Shown here piece after piece: positions 48,836 through 58,340 of a stretch of 64,000 bases of DNA. Numbering within the stretch: the first letter of the stretch is position 1; each line of letters begins with the position of its first letter. This stretch comes from an uncultured Chitinophaga sp. GTDB lineage: Bacteria > Bacteroidota > Bacteroidia > Chitinophagales > LD1. The notes beneath the pieces are model-generated. The model saw nothing but the letters and a program-made list of their open reading frames with translations. It searched no databases and had not been told where the DNA came from. A program made the translations under genes and the position numbers. Location: contig CAZTNA010000017.1 of the NCBI GenBank assembly GCA_964615305.1, forward strand, positions 400 through 64,399. The letters are read 5' to 3'.

Positions 48836-50914
48836 ATGAAGTATTTCCTTTTAGCGCTGATGATTCCGATGATATTATTCTCTAACGCCCAGGAACAAGG
48901 CCAGTTGAAAAATGTAGAGAAGTATCCGAAAGTGAAATGGCGTAAAAAATTCAAGATCGCCAAAAAGAAAATTGATGAAGGCAGTTATTACAATGCTGCC
49001 CAATACCTTGAAGATGTTTATAAAGAAAAACCTGAAAAAATAGAAGTAGCTCATTTGTTAGGTCAGGTGAACCGTACTTTACGTGATTATGAGGCTGCAG
49101 AGCGCTATTATAGAGCAGTTATTACTAAGGATCCAGAAGCATATGTAAACGACCAGTTCTATTTAGGACAAATGCAAAAAATGAATGGACGTTACGAAGA
49201 TGCTAAAGCCACTTTAAATAATTATCTAAAAGCAAGTTTAGATAAAGGTGATGCAAATTATAAAGGATTAGCCAAAGTAGAAATTGATGGTTGCGACACA
49301 GCGCTTGCCTTACTAAAAACACCGACAAAAATAAAGGTAGAGAAGACAGAAGGTGGAGTAAACACAACTATTCAGGATTATTCGCCTAAGCCTATTAAAA
49401 ATAACAGAGTTTTGTTCAGTTCGCAAAAAACAGATACAGCTGTAAACGTAACTACCACTAGCGCTGACCATTATTCTGCCATATTTACTGCAGAAAAATC
49501 AGGAACAAACTACACCAACAGAACGGTTCTGCCGGTTCCACCCAATGATTCAAAAACCCATACAGGTAATGCAATATTGAGCGCAGACGAGAATACCATC
49601 ATTTTTACAAAGTGTGACCAAACTCCTCTTATCAGAATGAATTGTAAACTTTACCGAGCTAAAAAAGAAGGTGCTGAATGGAAGAATAGCGAGGAGTTAA
49701 CAGCTTTGAATGTAGCCACTTCTAACACTACTCATCCTGCATGGGGGGTAGATAAAGACGGTAACGAAATTCTTTATTTCTCGTCTGACAGAAGCGGTAA
49801 AGGCGGGTTAGATATTTTCTACGCAAAGGCTAACAGTGACGGAACTTTTGGGGCACCTCAAAACGCAGGGCCGGAAGTTAACAGCGCTGGTGATGATATT
49901 ACACCACACTACGACAGGAAAAATAAAGTGCTTTATTTTTCATCTGATGGACACCCCTCTTTAGGTGGATTAGATGTATTTAAAGTTTCTGGCACACCAG
50001 GTAATTGGGGTGCTGTTGCCAATGCGGGTGTTCCTGTAAACTCTGCAGCAGATGATTTATATCTATCACTTGACGAAAAAGCAGCAAGAGGTTTTATGGT
50101 ATCTAACCGCGTAGGTACAACTTCTCCGCGAGGTGCTACTTGTTGCGATGATATTTGGACTGTGATAGTGCAACGCGATGTGTTCCTGAAAGGAATTTAT
50201 GTAAAACGCAATGATCCGACCAACACTCCAGTTCAAGGTGTTGATGCATCTTTATACAAGGTTGCCGGTAACAATTTTGAGTTTGTCGGAAATACTATTA
50301 CAAACGCTAACCCGTTTGTGTTTCCTGTAAAGAGAGCCACTTCGTATAAAATAAATGGAAACAAAGAAGGCTACTGGCCAAGCATTGATAATTTGACAAT
50401 TAGTGAGGATGAAGAGCGCGACACTATATCACATGTTTTTTACATTGATCCTATCATTAAAATCAAAATCAAAATACCAAATGTGTACTTTGCTTTTGAT
50501 AAGTCTAACGTTATTGATTTCTATAAAGGACAAATTGATTCTGTAGTTAAAATTCTTACCGAGCATCCGGGTTATTCAGTTGAGGTACAAGGGCACACTG
50601 ATAGTAAAGGGACAAACGATTACAACGATAAACTTTCTATGCGTAGAGCCACAGAGGTTAAAAACTTCTTGATTAAAAAGAAAGGTATTGCTGAGAATCG
50701 TATAGTTGTTAAGACCTTTGGGGAAACAGTTTCTGCCGTTCCTAATGAATTGCCAAACGGAGAGGATGATCCGGAAGGCAGAGCAAGAAACAGAAGAGTT
50801 GAATTTAAAGTGATAGTTGATAAGCCGGACGATGCACCTGAGTTTGAAAACTATGGAGAGGTAGTTAAAGAGGTGAAAACAGGACCAGGTTTCACTTACA
50901 GTAAAAAGAAGTAA
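48836..50914 (+). CDS. OmpA-family protein with TPR and TolB-like beta-propeller repeats
   Basis: The C-terminal OmpA domain has NVYFAFDKSNV...VEVQGHTDSKGTNDYNDKLSMRRA...NRRVEFKV. The middle has repeats of the form ..P.......LYFSSDR....GG.DIF. Confidence 0.88.
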   Translation: MKYFLLALMIPMILFSNAQEQGQLKNVEKYPKVKWRKKFKIAKKKIDEGSYYNAAQYLEDVYKEKPEKIEVAHLLGQVNRTLRDYEAAERYYRAVITKDPEAYVNDQFYLGQMQKMNGRYEDAKATLNNYLKASLDKGDANYKGLAKVEIDGCDTALALLKTPTKIKVEKTEGGVNTTIQDYSPKPIKNNRVLFSSQKTDTAVNVTTTSADHYSAIFTAEKSGTNYTNRTVLPVPPNDSKTHTGNAILSADENTIIFTKCDQTPLIRMNCKLYRAKKEGAEWKNSEELTALNVATSNTTHPAWGVDKDGNEILYFSSDRSGKGGLDIFYAKANSDGTFGAPQNAGPEVNSAGDDITPHYDRKNKVLYFSSDGHPSLGGLDVFKVSGTPGNWGAVANAGVPVNSAADDLYLSLDEKAARGFMVSNRVGTTSPRGATCCDDIWTVIVQRDVFLKGIYVKRNDPTNTPVQGVDASLYKVAGNNFEFVGNTITNANPFVFPVKRATSYKINGNKEGYWPSIDNLTISEDEERDTISHVFYIDPIIKIKIKIPNVYFAFDKSNVIDFYKGQIDSVVKILTEHPGYSVEVQGHTDSKGTNDYNDKLSMRRATEVKNFLIKKKGIAENRIVVKTFGETVSAVPNELPNGEDDPEGRARNRRVEFKVIVDKPDDAPEFENYGEVVKEVKTGPGFTYSKKK

Positions 50915-50935
50915 AGAATAATCCAATTTTATGCA

Positions 50936-50968
50936 AGCCGCAACGTAAAAGTTGCGGCTATTTTTTTT
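50936..50968. terminator. Rho-independent terminator
   Basis: AGCCGCAAC / GTTGCGGCT form a perfect 9-bp stem, followed by ATTTTTTTT. Confidence 0.75.
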
Positions 50969-50972
50969 ATGC

Positions 50973-52445
50973 TCATCTTCTAATTAAGACTCTGAAATCA
51001 TTAGCGTCCTTTCCTTTCTTTAGAAGAGAATCTTTTAAATGCTTGATTGAGTTAATTTGAAAGAAAGAATCGGTTGTTGTGTTCTGTCTGTAAACAAAAT
51101 AGGAAAAAGTAGAATCAACTACTAATCGAGTTAGTACCACCGGAGTAAATTCTTCGTAATTGCTGAATTTTTTCATTCCCGGATAATGTGGATAATACAA
51201 ATCTGTTTTAGGTGTGTTTGAAAGTATTCTAAACCCGGAAAAACTGAAATCGTTAGAATGATAAAACACCTTTTGATTTGGTTTTCGTTGATGGCTCAAC
51301 CATTCTGCTGCTATAACAGTTCCATTTGTATCACCTAAACTTTTAGATATATCGTTGAATTGAACAACTGATTGCTTGAGAAGCAATATTGAAATTATGG
51401 CAATTAAACTTAAGCGAAACAATGCTATCTGGTTACTTATGTTCAATATTGCCAATGACAGATACGGCAATAGAATTATTAATGATACTGAGAAGTAACG
51501 CCATGCCGGCTCTGTTTCAAACCGAAGGACTTTCCATGTTATTAAGAAAAGTAGAAACAAACCAGTGAATAAATAAGGCAGCTCTATTTTTTTCTTGATT
51601 CCGATGTAAACTCCATAAAACAGGAAGGGGAGTAGCCAAAGCGGGAGTACTCGCTCCCACTTCATCCCATTAATAACGTGCATCCATTTATCGTTTATTG
51701 CAGCGTAGGCAAATCTTACTTCTTTGTCGCTCATCACTAAGCCGTGAATCAGATTGCCTGTAGTAGTATAACTTATTAGTATATAAAATGCAATACTTAG
51801 CACATTTAAGCAGCCATATACAACAACAAGCCGAATGCCTTTGCCATAGTAAAGTAAGTTGAAAGTTAGCAGTGCTGAAATTATCCAGCCTTCAAAACGA
51901 ATTAAACTACAGCAGTTTAAAAAGATTGAAGAAGCAACTAAGTAACTCATTACCCCTTTTTCAATAAACATATAGAAACACCATATTGCCGCAAGGGCAA
52001 AAAATACAAAAGGCACTTCAGTCATACTTAAAACTGAGTATTTAATATGAAACGGATTTACAGCCAGCAAAAGACATGCAAGTAAGGCCACAGCGGTGTT
52101 AAACCTTTTTTTAGATATGGAAAACAGTAACGGAAAACTCAGTAAACTACAGAGTAAAGTTACAGCCGTGGAACTTTGCCAAATTGATACATTGAGTAGG
52201 TAAGTAGGAAAACCTATTAGGGCAAAATGAAAAGGTAGCCATATTAACCCGCCCGGAAGTAAATATGGATCTTGTGCCCATTCCCAAGCCATTTCTAAAC
52301 GGCTCATAGCATCACCATCACTTACCATTAGTGGCAGCTCAAAAGCATACAGAAAACGGAGTGATGCAGCTAACACTAATATGACATTGAAGCATAACCA
52401 TGGATTCTTTGCAATGAAGTTTTCCGCCTGTTCAAGTTGCTTCAT
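50973..52445 (-). CDS. polytopic membrane glycosyltransferase, GT39/ArnT-like
   Basis: 490 aa with about 11 predicted hydrophobic helices. An acidic first loop (VSDGDAMSRLE) resembles that of PMT/ArnT-like enzymes. Confidence 0.5.
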   Translation of the reverse strand: MKQLEQAENFIAKNPWLCFNVILVLAASLRFLYAFELPLMVSDGDAMSRLEMAWEWAQDPYLLPGGLIWLPFHFALIGFPTYLLNVSIWQSSTAVTLLCSLLSFPLLFSISKKRFNTAVALLACLLLAVNPFHIKYSVLSMTEVPFVFFALAAIWCFYMFIEKGVMSYLVASSIFLNCCSLIRFEGWIISALLTFNLLYYGKGIRLVVVYGCLNVLSIAFYILISYTTTGNLIHGLVMSDKEVRFAYAAINDKWMHVINGMKWERVLPLWLLPFLFYGVYIGIKKKIELPYLFTGLFLLFLITWKVLRFETEPAWRYFSVSLIILLPYLSLAILNISNQIALFRLSLIAIISILLLKQSVVQFNDISKSLGDTNGTVIAAEWLSHQRKPNQKVFYHSNDFSFSGFRILSNTPKTDLYYPHYPGMKKFSNYEEFTPVVLTRLVVDSTFSYFVYRQNTTTDSFFQINSIKHLKDSLLKKGKDANDFRVLIRR

Positions 52446-52588
52446 ATTTTGATTTTAGCGTGCATAAGTATAAGTAACTAAGTCAGTTTAGTTGTTGTTC
52501 AAGTAAATAAGTAAGAAGTTGTCAGATATACAACGGCATATTAGTGTGAACTATGGCTGAGGTTTTGCTAATCTGTTATTTTTGTCCC

Positions 52589-54364
52589 ATGAGCATAGAG
52601 CAACATCTAAAACAGTTAACCTGCGAAATTTTTAAGAGTGATTTCAATGTAGAAATTGGCCAAGAAACAGTTACGGTAAACATAACCAAGAAAGAACACG
52701 AAGGTGATTTTACTATTGTTGTGTTTCCGCTTATTAAATTTTCAAAAAACACACCTGAGCAAACAGCAAACATATTAGGCAACAGACTTCAGCAAAGCAG
52801 CGGTATTGTGGCCTCCTTTAATGTTATAAAAGGATTTTTAAACCTCGAGCTTACCGATACTTACTGGTTAACCAAGTTGCAGGAAATTTCTGAAAATGCA
52901 CATTTCGGTCAGTTTCCTCCCAATAACAAAAAAGTGGTGATTGAGTATGGCGGACCTAACACAAACAAGCCACTCCACATTGGGCACGTACGCAATATGC
53001 TTCTTGGTTTTTCGATGAGTGAAATTTTGAAAGCAGCAGGATATAGTGTAACAAAAGTAAACATATACAACGACAGAGGCATTGCTATTTGTAAAAGTAT
53101 GGTGGCCTATTTGCGTTATGGTAATGATTCTACACCTGAAAGCTCTGGTGTTAAAGGCGATCATTTTGTGGGAGATTGGTACGTAAGATGGAATACAGAA
53201 GCCAAAAAGGAGTTAGAAGGAATTTCCGGATTAAAAGGTGAATTTGATCAGGATCAGAAGCTTACTTCTATTTTTAAAGAAACCCAAGAAATGTTGTTGA
53301 AGTGGGAGAATGGCGATAAAAACACGATTGACCTTTGGAACACCATGAATGGCTGGGTGTATAAAGGTTTTAATCAAACGTTTCAGATCATTGGTGTTGA
53401 CTTTCAAAAAGACTACTATGAAAGTGAAACTTACAAACTTGGTAAAGATATTGTGGATGAAGGGCTTTCTAAAAGTGTTTTTTATAAACGAACTGATGGA
53501 GCTGTGGCTGTTGATTTAACGCCAGATGGTTTAGATGAAAAAGTTTTGTTGCGAGGTGATGGAACAGCAATATATATTACACAAGACTTAGGTACAGCCC
53601 AACTACGATTCGAAGAATTTGGTATGGAGAAGATGATTTATGTTGTAGCTAATGAACAGGATTATCATTTCAAAGTATTGAAATTAGCATTACAGAAACT
53701 CGGAAAAAAATGGGCCGATGGAATTTATCATCTAAGTTATGCTTTGGTGGAATCACCAACCGGCAGATTTAAAAGCCGCGAAGGAAAAACTGCTGATGCA
53801 GATGATTTGATTAATGAAGTATTGAGAATAGCAGAAGTAAAAACGAAAGAGTTAGGCAAGATTGAAGGATTTACGGATCAAGAAGCTAAAGCTCTTTACC
53901 GTACCATTGGATTAGGTGCGCTTAAGTATTTTGTGTTACGTGTTAACCCTTTCCGTAAAATAATTTTTAATCCGGAAGAGAGCATAGATTTTCACGGTCA
54001 CACCGGACCATTTATACAATATACATATGCACGCATTTGTGCGATAGCAAGAAAAGCTGAAGCCACGATACTATCAATAGATAAAAAATTAAACTTAGTA
54101 AGTTGTGAACGTGAGTTGACTATTCAGTTGAGTGAATATGAAAATGTGTTACGAACAGCGGCTGACAAATATGACCCTAGTGAGTTAGCAAATTATGTTT
54201 ACAACGTAGCAAAATTGTATAATCGTTTTTATCACGAGTGTCCAATACTCACAGCTTCGACCGCAGCAGAGAAGGAATTCCGGATTGCACTTTCAAAGCA
54301 AACTGGGGTGGTAATTAAAATGGGAATGAATTTGTTGGGAATTGAAGTACCGGAAAAGATGTAG
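52589..54364 (+). CDS. argS: arginine--tRNA ligase
   Basis: HIGH-type motif PNTNKPLHIGHVRN, an anticodon-binding C-terminus ending in M, and typical ArgRS length. The tracked ORF extends to 52553, but MSIEQHL fits family N-termini. Confidence 0.92.
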   Translation: MSIEQHLKQLTCEIFKSDFNVEIGQETVTVNITKKEHEGDFTIVVFPLIKFSKNTPEQTANILGNRLQQSSGIVASFNVIKGFLNLELTDTYWLTKLQEISENAHFGQFPPNNKKVVIEYGGPNTNKPLHIGHVRNMLLGFSMSEILKAAGYSVTKVNIYNDRGIAICKSMVAYLRYGNDSTPESSGVKGDHFVGDWYVRWNTEAKKELEGISGLKGEFDQDQKLTSIFKETQEMLLKWENGDKNTIDLWNTMNGWVYKGFNQTFQIIGVDFQKDYYESETYKLGKDIVDEGLSKSVFYKRTDGAVAVDLTPDGLDEKVLLRGDGTAIYITQDLGTAQLRFEEFGMEKMIYVVANEQDYHFKVLKLALQKLGKKWADGIYHLSYALVESPTGRFKSREGKTADADDLINEVLRIAEVKTKELGKIEGFTDQEAKALYRTIGLGALKYFVLRVNPFRKIIFNPEESIDFHGHTGPFIQYTYARICAIARKAEATILSIDKKLNLVSCERELTIQLSEYENVLRTAADKYDPSELANYVYNVAKLYNRFYHECPILTASTAAEKEFRIALSKQTGVVIKMGMNLLGIEVPEKM

Positions 54365-54373
54365 AACTTGATG

Positions 54374-57124
54374 TTACCTGATAAGTACAATATCTTTTGA
54401 CACAGTATTGATTTTACCAGGAGTTAGGCTACTGCTGAAGGTTACGGTACAAACATAGCTTCCTGAAGGTTGTATGTTACCCTTGTAATTTCCATCCCAA
54501 GTACTGTTACCTTTTGCATAATAAACTACTTCGCCCCAACGGTTATAAATACGCATTTCTATTACCTCTGCAAACTTCAATGGGAAGATTTGAAAAAGAT
54601 CGTTGTTGCCATCGTTGTTTGGAGTAAACCCATCCGGAATCTTTACATCCGGTAAGAGCAACTCAATTTCGAAGCATGCGGAGGCCGTACAGCTATTTTG
54701 ATCTGTAGCTGTTACACAATACGTAGTGGTAACTTGCGGTGTGGCAATTGGGTTTTTAATATTAGTAGCAGTTAACCCATCTCCAGGTGACCAAGAGTAA
54801 AAGTATGAACTGCCGCTAGCGCTTAATTGTACTGATTGCCCTAACAGAATGCTAGTATCAGGAACAGCAGTAATTTGAGTTTGCACCCAAGGGACATCAA
54901 CCTGCACTGACGCAGTTGCCGTACAAAAGTTTACATCAGTAACCGTAACAGTAAAGGTCTGCGCAGACGAAACAGAAGGCGTAATAGAATTTACAGTTTC
55001 TCCGGTACTCCAGTTGAATTTGGCTCCGTTAGTACTGTTGATACTTAACACTACTATGCTACCCGAGCAAACCAGAGTATCGCAGCAAACCATCAATGTT
55101 GGATTTATATTATTAGTGCTAACAGAAACAGTTGAGCTCCCGGAGCACCCATTTATGTCAGTGGCTGTTACCGAAAAAAGTTGAGGAAAAAGTATGTGTT
55201 GAGAAACAACTGCGTTGGTTTCTCCTGAGCTCCATTGATAACTTAAACTCTGATTTGAAATGGCAGATAAAGAAACAGTTGCTCCAGCACATACTGTAGT
55301 ATCGCAACATACAGTAAAAGGTATATTGTTATTGCTAATTGTAGCCGATACCGATTCAGATGTTGAGCAATTATTTTCATTAGTTATTGTAACCGTAAAA
55401 GTTTGTGATGATGAAACAGATTGAGAGATAGATGAAGTGGTTTGTCCACTACTCCACGAGTATGTGAAATTACCTATGGGCACTGCAGTGCTGAAATTAA
55501 CTATACCACCCGCGCAAAGTGTAGTGTCGCAACAAACACTAACACTATCAATACCGTTTAATACCGTTACGTGAAGTGTTTCGCTGTAGGTGCATCCTCG
55601 TTGATCAGATACAACAATTAAAAAATCGGTACTCGTACTTGTTGTTTCTGTAATACTAGAATTTGTACTTCCATTACTCCATAGGAAGGTAGGAGGAAAC
55701 GTAGCTGTGCCACTTGCTGTAAGTGTTACAGGAACGTTAGGGCAAACAGTAGTATCACAACAAGCATCAGCCGTTAGCTGGATAAAGGGCGTGTCCGCGA
55801 ATGGGATTTCTAAGTTAAACAAGGTTGCACCGTTGTTTCCACGTAATGCGCCATTGGTTGCTCCGAATGGGCAAAAGCCCGGTGCAAGAGCATAGGTTTG
55901 ATGTCCTGGTAGTCCACCTGTATCAACTAGATTAATACTTCCAGGTAATGATGTGCTCTTTAGCCATAATACTCCACCTGCACCTCCACCGCCCGGACCA
56001 AAACAAAAATCCGGATCATTCCCATTATTTAAATTTCCCCCTTTTCCTCCAACTAAATCAATAATAAGCGAGCCTACAAAATTATCTACAGATAAAAGTA
56101 TAGTACCTGCTGCTCCGCCTCCACCTGCAGCATCGCTTTTGGCCTTTACAAAAACTGAATCGCCACCGGCTTTTATTTGTTTGCCGTTTCCAACTAAAGT
56201 TCCTGCTAAAATTATCACTAAGCCACCGCCATTAGCACCGGGTGATCCTTGTGTGTTGTTCTCATCACCGGAACCTCCTCCGCCACCCATAAAAATTCTA
56301 TTTTCGGTATTGTTGTACAAAAGCGCTGTTCCACCTTCACCTGCTCCCGGACCGGGGCAAGAAAAATTAGAAACTCCTGTTCTTGTTCCTCCTTTACCTC
56401 CAGCCCCATAGTTGCTACCACCGCCACCGCCTGTGTTATGATCGTTTCCACCACCACCACCACTGCCATTTTTCCCTCTGCCAAAAGCTTGAGCTGAGTT
56501 AGCCACTCCCTCCCCTTTTAAAGCACCACAATCGGATGTAGGGCATGAAAATGCAGTAGCCCCACCAATACCATTATTAAAACACACTGCATCATTAGTT
56601 AGAGGTGCACCTCTGAACCCCTTACCTTTTACACTTATAGAATCGTTTAGAATGAGCGAATCAGCTTGCAGAAGCACTATTCCACCACTATAGCCATCCC
56701 ATACTTTCGGTTTTAAGGCTGAATCAACATAAGCCGTTTGATAACGTGGAAGAGAAACTATCTGCACTTGCCCGGTAACTTCATAACTACGCTTAATAGC
56801 ATAAGTAAATTCTATATCGTTTCCGTTTATTGAAGCTATTGTATTGAACTCATAATTACCACATCCGCGGTAGTTAGTAATGTCGCCATAAGACGGGTCG
56901 TTGGCGGTGCTAATTTCTGCACCTCTCATTTGTATCATTAACACTTGTTCCCCAACAGCAAATCCACTTACGTTATCTACAGTAACTACGTTAGTACAAA
57001 AATTAATATTGGAAACCGATCCATAAGAATTAATAATGCCACCAATGTGGCTTGTTTGTGCATATGTAAATGTGGCCGCGCATACATAGAGGATGAAAAA
57101 ACAAAAACGGAGGCAAGGTTTCAT
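54374..57124 (-). CDS. 916-aa surface protein with glycine-rich domain, five Cys-containing tandem repeats and T9SS type-B CTD
   Basis: The C-terminus is PDGFTPNNDGNNDLF...MRIYNRWGEVVY...WDGNYKG...PSGSYV. The Gly-rich block covers about 55970-56480. Repeats of about 70 aa of the form CCDT.VC...V.L.A........Y.WS.G.T....I cover about 54910-55770. Confidence 0.88.
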   Translation of the reverse strand: MKPCLRFCFFILYVCAATFTYAQTSHIGGIINSYGSVSNINFCTNVVTVDNVSGFAVGEQVLMIQMRGAEISTANDPSYGDITNYRGCGNYEFNTIASINGNDIEFTYAIKRSYEVTGQVQIVSLPRYQTAYVDSALKPKVWDGYSGGIVLLQADSLILNDSISVKGKGFRGAPLTNDAVCFNNGIGGATAFSCPTSDCGALKGEGVANSAQAFGRGKNGSGGGGGNDHNTGGGGGSNYGAGGKGGTRTGVSNFSCPGPGAGEGGTALLYNNTENRIFMGGGGGSGDENNTQGSPGANGGGLVIILAGTLVGNGKQIKAGGDSVFVKAKSDAAGGGGAAGTILLSVDNFVGSLIIDLVGGKGGNLNNGNDPDFCFGPGGGGAGGVLWLKSTSLPGSINLVDTGGLPGHQTYALAPGFCPFGATNGALRGNNGATLFNLEIPFADTPFIQLTADACCDTTVCPNVPVTLTASGTATFPPTFLWSNGSTNSSITETTSTSTDFLIVVSDQRGCTYSETLHVTVLNGIDSVSVCCDTTLCAGGIVNFSTAVPIGNFTYSWSSGQTTSSISQSVSSSQTFTVTITNENNCSTSESVSATISNNNIPFTVCCDTTVCAGATVSLSAISNQSLSYQWSSGETNAVVSQHILFPQLFSVTATDINGCSGSSTVSVSTNNINPTLMVCCDTLVCSGSIVVLSINSTNGAKFNWSTGETVNSITPSVSSAQTFTVTVTDVNFCTATASVQVDVPWVQTQITAVPDTSILLGQSVQLSASGSSYFYSWSPGDGLTATNIKNPIATPQVTTTYCVTATDQNSCTASACFEIELLLPDVKIPDGFTPNNDGNNDLFQIFPLKFAEVIEMRIYNRWGEVVYYAKGNSTWDGNYKGNIQPSGSYVCTVTFSSSLTPGKINTVSKDIVLIR

Positions 57125-57275
57125 AAATTAATAGGTGCAAAATATATGCATAAAGCAAACAAACTTATCAAAAAGCATATTTAGTTGTGCAGAACATCAA
57201 CTAAATATCCAAGAATATCAACTTGTATAATAAATTCATGTGCTTTGCGTTTATTAGCATCTAAAATTAAGTCCT

Positions 57276-58340
57276 TTGATTCGTGCTGTTTTACTTTTAA
57301 GTGTACTTTGTAGTTCGATTTTTTGCCGGGCACAAATAGGTGGTAACTCTACTTATAAGTTTTTGTCATTGTCTCCTGATGCACGTGTAACATCATTGGG
57401 CGGTACTAACATTTCTATACTTGACCATGATGTAAACACATTTTTTGTAAATCCTGCTTCGCTAAACCGAAGGGCGAATACACAGGCATCATTTGGAACT
57501 GTAGTTTACCCCGGAGGGGTTAATTTCGGGAACGTAGCGTATGGCAGACGTTTCGATAAAGTGCCGGGTAGTTTTGGTTTTGGTCTTCAGTATATAGCTT
57601 ACGGTAAGTTTAAAGAAACTGATGAAGCGGCTAATATAATTGGGAATTTTAGTGCTGGCGAAATGTGCTTATATGCCGGTTATGGTTATCAGTTTGGAAA
57701 ATTGTTTTCAGTAGGGGCAAATGCAAAGTTTGTTTACTCGCAACTGGGGGCATACAGTTCTGTTGGTTTAGCAACAGATTTGGCTGTGATGATCAATGAT
57801 ACTGCACATAATGTTACGGCAAGTATAGTAGCAAAAAACTTAGGTGGGCAATTAAAAACATATAATAAAGGTGTTCGCGAAAATGCTCCGTTTGATTTAC
57901 AAGCAGGCCTGTCATTTGGCTTTAAAGGTGTTCCGTTTCGGATACATGCTACTTTTCATCACTTAACTCAATGGGACATTCGCTACGACAACCCGGCAGA
58001 TGCGGTAAATGATGAGTTATTTTCGGATAGTAGTGATGCTAAACCCAAGAAATATATAGCCGATAAACTTTTCAGGCATGTGATAATTGGAGTAGAGTTC
58101 AACATTAAAAAGATTGTGCGGCTAGATGTTGCTTATAACCATTTGCGTCAGCAAGAGTTAAAGCTGGCTACAAAACGAGGAGTTCCCGGTCTATCATTCG
58201 GTATAGGGGTTCGCATCCGTCAGTTCGATTTTAGTTATGGATTTCAACCTTTGGCACAAGGTCAGGTAATGAACCACTTTACCTTTACTGTTTACACAGC
58301 CGGTTTTGTGAAGAAAAAGGTTGCTAAGCCTGAACCGTGA
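57276..58340 (+). CDS. porQ: PorQ-like T9SS outer-membrane beta-barrel protein
   Basis: N-terminal AQIGGNSTYKFLSLSPDARVTSLGGTNIS..DHDVN....NPASLN and LQYIAYGKF..TDE..N..G.F resemble the PorQ family as I remember it. TTG start. Confidence 0.6.
   Translation: MIRAVLLLSVLCSSIFCRAQIGGNSTYKFLSLSPDARVTSLGGTNISILDHDVNTFFVNPASLNRRANTQASFGTVVYPGGVNFGNVAYGRRFDKVPGSFGFGLQYIAYGKFKETDEAANIIGNFSAGEMCLYAGYGYQFGKLFSVGANAKFVYSQLGAYSSVGLATDLAVMINDTAHNVTASIVAKNLGGQLKTYNKGVRENAPFDLQAGLSFGFKGVPFRIHATFHHLTQWDIRYDNPADAVNDELFSDSSDAKPKKYIADKLFRHVIIGVEFNIKKIVRLDVAYNHLRQQELKLATKRGVPGLSFGIGVRIRQFDFSYGFQPLAQGQVMNHFTFTVYTAGFVKKKVAKPEP

Noticed and set aside
55953-56411. 152-aa proline-rich plus-strand ORF, with neighbouring ORFs 56218..56484 and 56249..56497
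   Set aside because: This is the mirror image of the GGN-rich codons of the glycine-rich block in the 916-aa minus-strand protein (GGx codons read as CCx on the other strand).
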